Below, in pieces: positions 30,085 to 40,464 of a DNA stretch of 64,000 nt. Where the stretch lies: assembly GCA_019358935.1 (NCBI GenBank), contig JAHHIK010000034.1, positions 1-64,000 on the forward strand, in the 5' to 3' direction. The notes below the pieces were generated by a model that ran no database searches, had not been told where the DNA came from, and worked only from the letters and a program-made list of their open reading frames with translations. The stretch's first letter is position 1. Every line of letters begins with the position of its first letter. Made by a program: the position numbers and the translations under genes. This stretch comes from Tolypothrix carrinoi HA7290-LM1. Its GTDB lineage: Bacteria; Cyanobacteriota; Cyanobacteriia; Cyanobacteriales; Nostocaceae.

Positions 30085-30477
30085 TTACGCTGGTTGAGTT
30101 TGGCTGGATGCTTTCTGTGCAGCAGTTTTCAAGCGGGTTGCTCTGCTTTTGCGGATACGTTCACTTTTACGAACACCACCTGCCATCTCATATTCCTGAC
30201 TGTCTTTGCCGTACTTAAAAGCAATCCCAATCAGCATCTTCTCGCAGAGATTGCCCAAGGTTTGTTCTAACTGTTCAATCTGTGTTTTGGAAGAGTCAAT
30301 AGCGGTTACAGCAGTGTTATGAGCATCTATCTTAGTGCGTAACTCCTCAATTAGTTGTGTTAGGTTTTTCAAGTTGCAAGCATCCCCAAGATCCAGATTG
30401 AGATCAATAGCTTTCAGTGCAGCGGATCTTAACTCAGCATTTTCTAGAACGCGAGATGTACGTTTTCTCAGAGACAT
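30085..30477 (-). CDS. Hypothetical helical protein (KYGKDSxEYEMAGG motif)
   Basis: Basic termini, coiled-coil middle; upstream AAGGAAG. Confidence 0.8.
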   Translation of the reverse strand: MSLRKRTSRVLENAELRSAALKAIDLNLDLGDACNLKNLTQLIEELRTKIDAHNTAVTAIDSSKTQIEQLEQTLGNLCEKMLIGIAFKYGKDSQEYEMAGGVRKSERIRKSRATRLKTAAQKASSQTQPA

Positions 30478-30616
30478 AAATTTACTTCCTTGTGAGGTTT
30501 CTAAAGTTACTATGTCTTACTGCAACTACATTCTGGTTCAGCAAAATCCACAAATATTTGTACTTTATATTACATCAATACTAGTAAATTTTCGTAATTG
30601 ATTTGAAGCGTCTAAC

Positions 30617-30850
30617 TTAACCACAGAAGAAGCTGTATTAACCACAGAAGAAGCTGTATTAAGCACAGCTTTATCATCTATAACTACAGAAGAAGCTGCG
30701 TTAACTACAGCTTCTGTGTTTACTTATAGTATCAGGAGGATGTATAATTAATCCTAATAATGCATTAACTACAGCTTTAAGTTTAATTATAGTATTACGA
30801 TCTGAATTAAACACAGATGAAACTGTGTTAACTACGGCTTGAACTTTACT
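30617..30850. repeat. Degenerate 21-bp periodic array (TTAACYACAG...)
   Basis: Units at 30617, 30638, 30659, 30680, 30701, 30765, 30807 and 30828. Confidence 0.8.
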
Positions 30851-30926
30851 TAAAATGGAAACGACTCCCACCGCAAGGCACGGTTTGCTATTTTGCCGAG
30901 GAATGTAAAGTTGGAAATAATAACCT

Positions 30927-31532
30927 ATGCCCTATAGTGACTTTACCCTAAGAAAAGTCAAACAGACCTTTGGCATAACTACCGTTGAAGGTGAAAGATT
31001 TCTGCCAGAAATCAAACCAATTGCTGCTAGTGCTACTCTTACCGCTTTTTTAGAAGAAAGCTTACCATTAGCCATAGCGACAGGAAGTGAAAAAGCACGT
31101 TCTGAGTTAGTCATTAGTCCGGTTTTATTAGAAGTACGCAAGATTTTACAAAGAAAAATTAGTTTATTCTCTGGTGTAGATTTTACTGTAGATCCGGCTT
31201 CTGGATTGAGTGGAGTCTGTGATTTTCTTCTCAGTCGTTCTTCTGAACAGTTAGAAATTGAAGCCCCAGCCGTTGTGATTATTGAGGCAAAAAAGGCAGA
31301 TTTGAATCCGGGTATTGGACAGTGTATTGCCGAAATGATCGCGGCTCAGAAATTTAATGAGGTTAATAATCAACCTATTTCTACGATTTATGGCAGTGTC
31401 ACCAATGGTACTGCTTGGCGGTTTCTGCAATTAACAGAACAAACTGTCACGATTGATTTAACAGATTATCCCCTCCCTCCTGTTGATTTAATACTAGGAA
31501 TTTTGGTGTGGATGGTATCTTTTGCTAACTAG
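30927..31532 (+). CDS. PD-(D/E)XK-like hypothetical protein
   Basis: SEKARSE, GVCDFL, IIEAKK, GQCIAEM, VTNGTAWRF. Confidence 0.75.
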   Translation: MPYSDFTLRKVKQTFGITTVEGERFLPEIKPIAASATLTAFLEESLPLAIATGSEKARSELVISPVLLEVRKILQRKISLFSGVDFTVDPASGLSGVCDFLLSRSSEQLEIEAPAVVIIEAKKADLNPGIGQCIAEMIAAQKFNEVNNQPISTIYGSVTNGTAWRFLQLTEQTVTIDLTDYPLPPVDLILGILVWMVSFAN

Positions 31533-32205
31533 ATAATTTCTCAACAAAACTTTGATGTTCTGGTGTAGATAATCCCTGCTGTAAAACGGCTAAGACTTTC
31601 GCTAAGTCTCCTGAGAATAATGCTGATTTTGCTAACCACAACCCCGGAAAAACTTGAGAGCAAACTATATCATCTGGATTTGGTTCAAGTTGAATATACT
31701 CGCCTTCATTTAACCTAAACCAATCAAATTCACGGTCATAAACTCGCCAAACTAAATATTCTTGAACTTGATTGCGACGATAAACTTTGAGTTTTTTATG
31801 CAAATCATAAGAAGCACTAGAAGCGGCAATTTCTACAATTAATTCTGGCGCACCTTCGACATAATCATCCTCATTAATTCGGGATTGTCCGCCTTGTTCT
31901 ATTCTTAATAAAGCATCTGGTTGCGGTTCGTTATCAGCATCTAATAAAACAGTGGTATTATCAGCCAACCCCACGCCTGGTGTCGCTGCTGTGTAAACTC
32001 CCAACCAAGCCATAATGTAAGCATGGGGTTCTCCATGACTTTTGATTCTCAATGGGGATGCCACGTAAACAACTCCTTCAATCAATTCTGCTTTTTTCAG
32101 ATTAGGCATAGCATGGTAGCGTCGCTCAAATTCAGCACGAGTGAGCTTATCGCCATTTTCCAAAGGCGGAATTGTCAACAGTTCAGAAGTTGTGTCAGCA
32201 ATCAT
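31525..32205 (-). CDS. Uma2 family endonuclease
   Basis: AELIEGVV, EPQPDA, APELIVEIA, KLKVYRRNQVQEY. Confidence 0.92.
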   Translation of the reverse strand: MIADTTSELLTIPPLENGDKLTRAEFERRYHAMPNLKKAELIEGVVYVASPLRIKSHGEPHAYIMAWLGVYTAATPGVGLADNTTVLLDADNEPQPDALLRIEQGGQSRINEDDYVEGAPELIVEIAASSASYDLHKKLKVYRRNQVQEYLVWRVYDREFDWFRLNEGEYIQLEPNPDDIVCSQVFPGLWLAKSALFSGDLAKVLAVLQQGLSTPEHQSFVEKLSS

Positions 32206-32290
32206 AATTTTCAAATTGGATGGCGAAATACTGACATTGTAATACAAGTTAATTTGTCGGGTGCGCCATTCGTAGTAACGCACCCAGATT

Positions 32291-32437
32291 GATATCATCG
32301 CTCAAACTCAAAGCCAATATTTTCCAGATATCAACCTCCAGGATATAGTTGCGAGGTGTTTTGAAGTTGCCTATGAGCGGAATACCAGTGCTGCAATTCG
32401 TGAACTCAAACAGCGCTTACAGCATTTTTCCCAGTGA
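32291..32437 (+). pseudogene. C-terminal fragment resembling a Uma2-family tail
   Basis: SQYFPDINLQDIVARCFEVAYERNTSAAIRELKQRL*, no start codon. Confidence 0.45.
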
Positions 32438-32735
32438 TTGAACACTTTTCAATCTTGATAAGAGTCAGCAGTATTATCACGCAGGGCGATCGCATGACTG
32501 TGGGGCAAATCTCATCCCACGCTTTGAAAAGTCAAGCGATCGCGCTGCGTATTATATTAAGTAAATAACGGTGCGATCGGCTTCTTAATAAAAGCATCCC
32601 AATTTTTTCAAAACACAAATAGCTCGACTATTCCACTTTGCTACCTTGTGCGTAACCTATTGCGCTACGCCATATTGGCAGAGGGCACAGAACCGGACAT
32701 ATGGCTCCACTTTGCGTTTAAAAAAAACTCAAACA

Positions 32736-33788
32736 TTAAGGACGCGCTTCTAATATCAGGTTGAATGGAGTCTGCGTAGCGCGGCGAAATCGACTAAAAC
32801 CGGCTTGCGACATAACGTGATTCAGCCGCAAGAAGCCAGCTTGCGCTCCCAATCCTAACCCGACTTCTTGTGACAAAGAATTAGGGGTACAAATCGCAGT
32901 CGAACCCGCATAAAATAGCCGACCTACAGGATTGAGATTATCCTCAACATTATTACCAGCAAAAGGCTCTACCAACAGCATAGTTCCATCGTCAGCTAAT
33001 ACTTCCCTAGTGTGTTTGGCTGCACCCACCGGATCTCCTAAGTCGTGGAGACAATCCATAAAGCAAACTAAATCGTAGTCAGAACCAGGGAAATCCTTCG
33101 CAGCAGCAACCTCAAATCTAACTCGATCTGCAACGTCGGCTTCCTCGGCTCGTTGACGTGCAGCTTCAATAGACTTGTCGTGATAATCAAAACCCCAAAA
33201 GCTGGAATTAGGATACATCTGAGCCATGATGATGGTCGATGCACCATGACCGCAACCCACATCGGCTACTTTAGCACCTGCTTTTAATTTTTCCTCAACA
33301 CCCTCTAATGCAGGAATCCATTCAGTTGTTAGGTGAGCGCGATAGCCCGTTTTAAAGAATGCTTCAACTCCACAAAACAACCGAGGATGATGCTCATGCC
33401 AACCGATACCCTTGCCAGAGCGGAAAGCATTAAGGATGAGATCCTCATCTAACCACATCGAAGCAACAGTTTCCAAGCCAGAAGCCATAAACACGGGACT
33501 GGCTTCGTTAGCTAGCACCATCGCATGTTCTTCGGGTAACTCGTAGGTGCGCTCTATAGGATCGTAGGTAACATAACCACCAGCTGCTTGGTTGTTCAGC
33601 CACTCCAGCACATATCGCTGATGAATTCCCGTCTTTAAAGCTAGCTCGGCAGGTGTTATTGGACCTTCCCCAGCCATTAGTTTATATAAACCGAGCTTGT
33701 GACCAATATTTGTCATCACACCTGACATACTTGCCGCCATGTCGGTGACGAATTGCCCTAAAAATGCTTGCAGTTTTGCTTCGTCCAT
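32736..33788 (-). CDS. Class I SAM methyltransferase with an N-terminal winged helix
   Basis: IGHKLGLY, RYVLEWL, VADVGCGHG, DCLHD. Confidence 0.9.
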   Translation of the reverse strand: MDEAKLQAFLGQFVTDMAASMSGVMTNIGHKLGLYKLMAGEGPITPAELALKTGIHQRYVLEWLNNQAAGGYVTYDPIERTYELPEEHAMVLANEASPVFMASGLETVASMWLDEDLILNAFRSGKGIGWHEHHPRLFCGVEAFFKTGYRAHLTTEWIPALEGVEEKLKAGAKVADVGCGHGASTIIMAQMYPNSSFWGFDYHDKSIEAARQRAEEADVADRVRFEVAAAKDFPGSDYDLVCFMDCLHDLGDPVGAAKHTREVLADDGTMLLVEPFAGNNVEDNLNPVGRLFYAGSTAICTPNSLSQEVGLGLGAQAGFLRLNHVMSQAGFSRFRRATQTPFNLILEARP

Positions 33789-33869
33789 AAAATATCCTCC
33801 TTTCACAAAAATCAGTTTTGCTACTTTTATATATGAGTTATGCGTAAAAACTGAGCAACTTATGCACTA

Positions 33870-34562
33870 TCACGAATCTTGCAGACTACGAGTCTCTTGC
33901 AGTGCCAAAGGTAATGGCAATCCCGGTGCTGCGGCAATTTCTGGGGGTGGAGTCTGCTCTTCTAACTTCTGCAAATATTGCCCATCGTGAATGCGAGACA
34001 CAACTTTCATGCTGTGGGGAATGCTGTGGTAACGGTGAGTTTGTTTAATTTGTTGGCGTTCTTGGATGCTCTCATTGGCAATTTTCTTCCGCAGTTTAAT
34101 AATCGCATCTAAAACAGCTTCCGGTCTGGGGGGACATCCGGGTATGTAAACATCAACCGGAATTAACTTATCTACACCCCGAACTGCTGAAGACGAATCT
34201 ACACTAAACATCCCACCTGTAATTGTGCAAGCTCCCATCGCGATCACGTATTTTGGTTCTGGCATTTGCTCGTAAAGTCGCACCAAATTAGGAGCATACT
34301 TCATTGTGATTGTACCTGCGGTAATCATCAAGTCTGCTTGTCGGGGAGTCGCACGAGGAATCATTCCGTAGCGCTCCATATCAAAGCGAGAAGCATAGGC
34401 AGCCATAAATTCCATAAAACAGCAAGCTGTACCAAACATCATCGGATACAGACTTGACATTTTTGCCCAGTTGTACAGGTCATCTACGGTGGTGAGGATG
34501 ATATTCTCAGATAGTTGTTGCGTTACTTGCGGACTTTCAACCGGATTGATAATTGAAGTCAT
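33870..34562 (-). CDS. ndhK: NADH dehydrogenase subunit K (NuoB family), stand-alone paralog
   Basis: [31 protein letters not shown]. Confidence 0.9.
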   Translation of the reverse strand: MTSIINPVESPQVTQQLSENIILTTVDDLYNWAKMSSLYPMMFGTACCFMEFMAAYASRFDMERYGMIPRATPRQADLMITAGTITMKYAPNLVRLYEQMPEPKYVIAMGACTITGGMFSVDSSSAVRGVDKLIPVDVYIPGCPPRPEAVLDAIIKLRKKIANESIQERQQIKQTHRYHSIPHSMKVVSRIHDGQYLQKLEEQTPPPEIAAAPGLPLPLALQETRSLQDS

Positions 34563-35199
34563 GAGTTGATTACCCCAATAATTAATATTGATAACTACAG
34601 TTTGCGATCGCCCACTTCCCAATAGCAGTAAAGATAAGTTTTGTGAAGAGTAACGTCGTTTTTCCTGGTAGCTCAATACTTTCGGCTTGTAGTTAGCGCT
34701 ATCGAGGGCTGAAGGTGACTTAAGATTTTATCACTCACCGAAGAGAGCAGGGGAGGCAGGGGGGGAAGAGAAGCAGGGGGGGAAGAAAATACCTCTCCTG
34801 CTCAGAAGGGGTCCAAAGCCCCTAAATTTATTTATGAGAAAGAAAAAATATTTTTTACGAGACACATAGTGCGAGGAAAAAAGCGCCCTTATTTGAAGCC
34901 CCTAACTTTAGTTGTGGGGTTTGCTCAAGAAAGCTCCTCAACCTCCCCTGCTCAAGAACTGCTTTCTTGTTTCACGACTTCCTTGTTATTGGTGACTGAA
35001 GCCAGCGGCAAAGTGATGGTATTTGTTTTTTGCCTTAAGACAGAACTAACTTCAATACATCCCCAATCATTGAAAACGCACTTCAAGCGATCGCTTTGCC
35101 AAAAAAACCGTTAAACTTCATTGCGAAATAAAAAGATAGCTAAAACAACGTGATAACTTTTGATGATGTAAAGAGACGACACAGATAAAGGAGAACACA

Positions 35200-35406
35200 G
35201 TGGCAATGGAATCAAATTTATTAACGAGCACAACCCCAGTGCAAGAAGATTTCAGCGAATACGTTGCCCACCTACAGCTTCACATGGCTTTGCAAGCTCG
35301 CAATCTGGTTCCAACCCTTAAGCAAAAGCTCGAAGACAGTCGGGAAGAACTACTTCATCAAACTCAAGCCAATTTTGAAAAGCTTATTTCTCGCCAAGCG
35401 CTGTAG
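35200..35406 (+). CDS. Small hypothetical protein
   Basis: AAAGGAG RBS before GTG; YVAHLQLHMALQARNL. Confidence 0.7.
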   Translation: MAMESNLLTSTTPVQEDFSEYVAHLQLHMALQARNLVPTLKQKLEDSREELLHQTQANFEKLISRQAL

Positions 35407-35682
35407 AAGATACAAAAATTAAGCAAAATTAACATAAAATAAAAGCAGACTTTGTTGGGTAAACCCTTGTTGGTGTCTCCATCAAGTCTGCTTTTTAAGT
35501 ATAAAGTTACGAAAATCACTATGATTGGAACTACGGCAACAAGTAGAAAGCCGTTAAGATAATTGCATTACTTTCCTTACCCTCCGGGTACTCTACTTTG
35601 AACCCCTCCGGGGAACGGCAGATTGACGGGACGAATCGCTTCGCCGCCAACTGCCTCACCAAAAGCAGTTAGTTAAGGCTGA

Positions 35683-36942
35683 ATGGCGGCTCGAATCAAA
35701 ATGACTTCATTAATTCCTCGAAATCTTAGCGTAGTTATCCGACCAGTACAACACCGGGACTTGGACGGATTAGAACGCCTATCTCAAGAATCATTCGCGG
35801 AACACACCCCCAAGCAAGCTAATTTTGCCATAAACCAAATGCAATGGCTGCGCCGGTGGTATGGGTTTCTCAAATTTTTGAGTTTGTTTCCCAACCCGCT
35901 GAAATATCGCCTTTGTGCTTATGTAGCAGAGCAAGGGCGGACACTTCTGGGTATGATTCAAGTGTCACCGTTTAACCGCACGCGCAGTACTTGGCGTGTG
36001 GAACGAGTGATGCTTGATCGCACTGCCGATAAGCAAGGAATTGGCTCACAACTTCTGCGTTATTGCTTTGAGTCCATTTTAGAGGCTCGGACTTGGATAC
36101 TCGAAGTCAATATCAATGACAAAGAAGCGCTAGCACTTTATCGGCAAAATGGATTTCAGCGTCTGGCAGAAATGACTTACTGGGAAATAGCACCTTCTTT
36201 GCTGGAAGAATTGGCATCTTCAGAGCCAGATTTGCCAAATTTATTGCCGGTGAGCAATGCTGATGCTCAGTTACTATATCAATTAGATACGGCTTCAATG
36301 CCGCCTTTGGTGCGACAAGTATTTGATCGCCAAACCCAAGATTTTAAAACGAGTTTGTTCGCCACTTTAATTGACGCGGTGAAGCAATGGGTAAGCAAAA
36401 CTGAAGTAGTCAGCGGCTATTTATTTGAACCTCAACGCAAAGCAGCGATCGGTTATTTTCAACTTTCACTCTTTCGTAAAGGTCAACAACCCCACGTAGC
36501 CACACTGACTGTTCACCCAGCATACACTTGGCTGTATCCAGAGTTGCTGTCTCAGTTGGCTCGCATCGCTCAGGATGTGCCCAAACAACCGTTGCAGTTG
36601 GTTTCCGCCGACTATCAACCAGAAGGAGAAGAGTATTTAGAGCAAATCGGCGCAAGTCGTCGAGAACACACTTTAATTATGTCGCGCTCAGTCTGGCATA
36701 AAGTTCGCGAGTCTAAATTTGTCTCTCTAGAAGGAATTCAACTGCCAGAAGTACTCCAAGGATTGCAACCCGCACGCAAACCCATACCGGGTGGGATGTC
36801 ATGGGAGCAACCAAGAAAGCCGCAATTGCCAGAAAGAAAAATAAAAATAAATCCTTCTGGTGAATCGATTTCTTTTTCGTGCAACAACTCTAACGTAGAA
36901 CCACCCTTGAAGCCGGAATCAACAGATGCAAAGCCGGAGTGA
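35683..36942 (+). CDS. GNAT family N-acetyltransferase
   Basis: QGIGSQLL, ALALYRQNGF. Confidence 0.88.
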   Translation: MAARIKMTSLIPRNLSVVIRPVQHRDLDGLERLSQESFAEHTPKQANFAINQMQWLRRWYGFLKFLSLFPNPLKYRLCAYVAEQGRTLLGMIQVSPFNRTRSTWRVERVMLDRTADKQGIGSQLLRYCFESILEARTWILEVNINDKEALALYRQNGFQRLAEMTYWEIAPSLLEELASSEPDLPNLLPVSNADAQLLYQLDTASMPPLVRQVFDRQTQDFKTSLFATLIDAVKQWVSKTEVVSGYLFEPQRKAAIGYFQLSLFRKGQQPHVATLTVHPAYTWLYPELLSQLARIAQDVPKQPLQLVSADYQPEGEEYLEQIGASRREHTLIMSRSVWHKVRESKFVSLEGIQLPEVLQGLQPARKPIPGGMSWEQPRKPQLPERKIKINPSGESISFSCNNSNVEPPLKPESTDAKPE

Positions 36943-37654
36943 GTTTGGGGATTTGGGCATGGGACAAGGGGGACAAGGGGGACAAGGGGGACAAGGGGGA
37001 CAAGGGGGACAAGGGGAGGACACTTCCGTGCGGGGGTTCCCAAGCCACTGCGTTGCGGAGGTTCCCTCCGTTGAAGCATGTGGCGTCCCCGTTAAGGAAC
37101 GTGTCCGTGGACAAGGAGGAAAGGAGGACAAATCAATTCAAAATTCCGCTCCCCCCTCCCCCTTGTCTCCCCCCTCCCCCTTGTCTCCCCCCTCCCCCTT
37201 GTCTCCCCCCTCTCCCCCTCCCCCCATCTCGGCTTTAGGCTTGGATGTTGGTAGTAAGCGTATTGGTGTGGCAGGATGCGATCGCACTGGTTTGATTGCT
37301 AGTGGCATTACTACCATAGAACGCAAATATTTGCAAGAAGATATAGAAAAAATACAACAACTGGTAAATGAGCGCGAAGTAAATGTCCTGGTAGTCGGTT
37401 TACCTTATTCTATGGATGGTTCTTTGGGGTCTCAGGCGCGACAAATACAAAAGTTTGCCAAAAGGCTGTCTAAAGCTCTCAAATTGCCTGTGGAATATGT
37501 AGATGAACGATTAACTTCATATCAGGCAGAGCAAATGTTAATCGCCCAAAACCGCTCTCCATCCCGCAATAAAGGCTTAATTGATCGGTTGGCAGCATGT
37601 TTGATTTTGCAACAATGGTTGGATGTTAGGCGATCGCACTTGATAATGCAGTAG
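36926..37654 (+). CDS. yqgF: YqgF/RuvX nuclease with a repeat-derived N-terminal extension (start uncertain)
   Basis: ALGLDVGSKRIGVA, VVGLP, DERLTS, ID..AA.LILQ. Confidence 0.88.
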   Translation: MQSRSEFGDLGMGQGGQGGQGGQGGQGGQGEDTSVRGFPSHCVAEVPSVEACGVPVKERVRGQGGKEDKSIQNSAPPSPLSPPSPLSPPSPLSPPSPPPPISALGLDVGSKRIGVAGCDRTGLIASGITTIERKYLQEDIEKIQQLVNEREVNVLVVGLPYSMDGSLGSQARQIQKFAKRLSKALKLPVEYVDERLTSYQAEQMLIAQNRSPSRNKGLIDRLAACLILQQWLDVRRSHLIMQ

Positions 37655-37790
37655 GGCAGCCTTTGAGTATTGATACTTTGAACGTGATATTCTGAAGTCT
37701 GTTAGCCAGCACTTGATATACTGCGAAAGCTATTTGATAGTTAAGCGATTTCTACAGTGGCTGGGAATTAGAAAGCTCCACACCTCGGCT

Positions 37791-38363
37791 ATGTTTTCCT
37801 CACCATTTCCTGAAGAAAATGACAACGCTCGTGCCGGTTCGATCACTTTGACGGATGACAAAGAGCGATCGCTCTCTTGTTACATTGAGCATTCGCTCTC
37901 TGTAGATGAGCAAGAGTATGTTTTACTTCTTCCTGTTGACTCACCTGTGGAAATTTTTGCTTGGCAAGGTGACGGCGAGGAAGAAGAAGCCATTCTCGTA
38001 GAAGATGATGCGACGATTGACGAAATTTTTGCTACGGCTCAAGCTGTACTATCTGAGCAAAATTTGCAACTCAAAAATACTGCTTACGCTCTCACCGTGG
38101 CAGGTGAGTTGCCCCCTGTCGAAGAGTCAGAACTCTTTACTTTAGAAATTGAAGATGAAGACGAAGATTTAGAGCCAGAGCAATTACAGCTTCTAGCTAG
38201 CTTCTACTATCAAGAGCAGGAGTACGCAATTTATACGCCCCTCGATCCACTGCTGTTTTTTGCACGGATCTCGGAAACAGGTACACCTGAATTACTCTCT
38301 CCAGAAGAGTTTCGCAAAGTCCAACCACTGTTAGAAGAACATTTGTTTAATGAAGTTGAATAA
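37791..38363 (+). CDS. DUF3727 domain protein
   Basis: Acidic protein; YVLLLPVDSP, YTPLDP; located between yqgF and mltG. Confidence 0.8.
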   Translation: MFSSPFPEENDNARAGSITLTDDKERSLSCYIEHSLSVDEQEYVLLLPVDSPVEIFAWQGDGEEEEAILVEDDATIDEIFATAQAVLSEQNLQLKNTAYALTVAGELPPVEESELFTLEIEDEDEDLEPEQLQLLASFYYQEQEYAIYTPLDPLLFFARISETGTPELLSPEEFRKVQPLLEEHLFNEVE

Positions 38364-38413
38364 TTAAAATTAAAAATTAAGAATTAATTTGATTTTTGAT
38401 TTTTAATTATTTC

Positions 38414-39478
38414 ATGGCAACAAACATGAAAGTTCAGCAAAAATTTTGGCAGCGCTCATTAATTTGGAGTCTGCTGCCATTAACTTTAGTAATTGCAACT
38501 TGGCGTTCTTTGGCGTGGTGGAGTTGGGCAACTGCCCCAACCCAACCAACTAAAGCCAAATTGCTACAAATTCAGATTCCCTCAGGAACCGCAGCGCAGC
38601 AAATTGGACGCAACTTAGAAAAAGCAGGTTTGATTCGTTCTCAATTTGCCTGGAATTTATGGGCACGATATTTAGCTTGGCAAAATCCCAAAGGTGACTT
38701 CAAAGCCGGAACCTACGAATTGTCACCCTCACAGCCATTATCCGCAATTGCTGAAAAAATTTGGCTTGGCGACGTAGTGCAAGCCAGCTTCACCATCCCC
38801 GAAGGTTGGTCACTGCGGCAAATGGCAGCTTACTTTCAAGCAAAAGGCTTTTTTCCCGCTCAAGAGTTTATCGCTGCCGCAAATCAAATTGACCGTCAGC
38901 AGTTTCCTTGGATACCTGCCGATTTACCTAATCTAGAAGGTTTTTTATACCCAGACACTTACAAAATAGCCACCGGGGAAATTACAGCACAAGCTTTAGT
39001 TAAACAAATGCTGAAGCAATTTGAGCAAGTAGCTTTGCCAGTGTATCAAAAACAACGAAATAAAACTAATCTCAACCTGAAGCAGTGGGTAACTCTTGCT
39101 AGTATCGTAGAAAAAGAGGCGGCAGTGCCTAGCGAGCGATCGCGTATTGCTGGCGTTTTCACCTCTCGCTTACAAAAGGGAATGCGTCTAGAAAGCGATC
39201 CCACAGTCGAATACGCTTTGGGAATCCGGCAAACAGCAGATAAACCACTGACTTTCGCGCAAGTAAAAATTGCGTCTCCTTACAACACTTATCTCAATCC
39301 AGGCTTACCGCCAGGACCCATTGCTGCACCTGGTTTGGCTTCTTTATCAGCAACTCTAAATCCTGAAAAAACCGATTACTTGTATTTTGTAGCACGTTAC
39401 GATGGCACTCATGTGTTCACCCGCACCCTAAAAGAACACTTGGCAGCTGTTGCTAAAATCCGCCAAGAACGACAATAG
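38414..39478 (+). CDS. mltG: Endolytic transglycosylase MltG
   Basis: TIPEG, LEGFLYPDTY, LASIVEKE, SPYNTY..GLPPGPI. Confidence 0.95.
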   Translation: MATNMKVQQKFWQRSLIWSLLPLTLVIATWRSLAWWSWATAPTQPTKAKLLQIQIPSGTAAQQIGRNLEKAGLIRSQFAWNLWARYLAWQNPKGDFKAGTYELSPSQPLSAIAEKIWLGDVVQASFTIPEGWSLRQMAAYFQAKGFFPAQEFIAAANQIDRQQFPWIPADLPNLEGFLYPDTYKIATGEITAQALVKQMLKQFEQVALPVYQKQRNKTNLNLKQWVTLASIVEKEAAVPSERSRIAGVFTSRLQKGMRLESDPTVEYALGIRQTADKPLTFAQVKIASPYNTYLNPGLPPGPIAAPGLASLSATLNPEKTDYLYFVARYDGTHVFTRTLKEHLAAVAKIRQERQ

Positions 39479-39625
39479 CATGGGGCATGGGGCATGGCGC
39501 ATGGGGCATGGGGAAGACGGTTAACTGACTCCTACTCCGTTCTCCTACTTTGTTTTGCTACTCCTAACTCCCGTACAGTACAGACGCGAGGAACATCGCG
39601 TCTCTACAACTCCTCACTATTGATT

Positions 39626-40174
39626 ATGACTTGGAACAAATTGTTACAGCCTGATTTGATTTTGGAAGGTTCAGTGTTGAACCTCACACCAGACATTATC
39701 CAAAAATATCAACTTAAAGGGCTGGTGTTGGATGTAGATGAAACTTTGGTTCCGGTGAGAGTTGGAACAGCCTCACCAGAACTGCAACAATGGGTAGCGC
39801 AAATTCGCCCTTTTACATCACTGTGGTTGGTAAGCAATAACTTAAGTGAAGCCCGCATCGGTGGAATTGCTCGTTCTCTGAATTTACCTTACTATTTGGG
39901 CGCTGCCAAACCCTCGCGACGCAAGATTAGAGCTGCACTCAGAGAGATGAATTTACCAGTGCAGCAAGTGGCGATGGTAGGCGATCGCTTGTTCACAGAC
40001 GTGTTAGCTGGTAATCGCTTAGGGATGTTCACTATCTTGGTTGAACCAATTATCCATCCAGATGCCGTCTTGCGATCGCATCCCATACGCAACTTTGAAG
40101 TTTTAGTCTCGGAAATCTTAGGAGCCTCTATTACGCCTAAAAAACAAAGAGTTACAAAGCGTCACAAAGGTTGA
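39626..40174 (+). CDS. YqeG family HAD IIIA phosphatase
   Basis: LDVDETL, SNN, AAKP, VGDRLFTD. Confidence 0.92.
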   Translation: MTWNKLLQPDLILEGSVLNLTPDIIQKYQLKGLVLDVDETLVPVRVGTASPELQQWVAQIRPFTSLWLVSNNLSEARIGGIARSLNLPYYLGAAKPSRRKIRAALREMNLPVQQVAMVGDRLFTDVLAGNRLGMFTILVEPIIHPDAVLRSHPIRNFEVLVSEILGASITPKKQRVTKRHKG

Positions 40175-40464
40175 TGAATCGTCAGGAAAGTAAATCTAAA
40201 GAAATAATTAAGAAAGCGGGGATCGCTGCAAAAATCGAAGATTATTAGTATTAATAACACGGGATCAGCCAAATATAGATCCTTGTCCATACAAAATAAG
40301 TATATTTGTAAAGCGTCAACCTTCACTTATAGAAGGATTGGCGCTTTACAATTTTGGATTTTGGATTTTAGATTTTAGATTCAATCCAAAATCACGCCAC
40401 ATGCTTCAAGTCGGCAGAGCCGCCCAACGCAGTGGCTCCAAAATCTAAAATCTAAAATTTCAAG

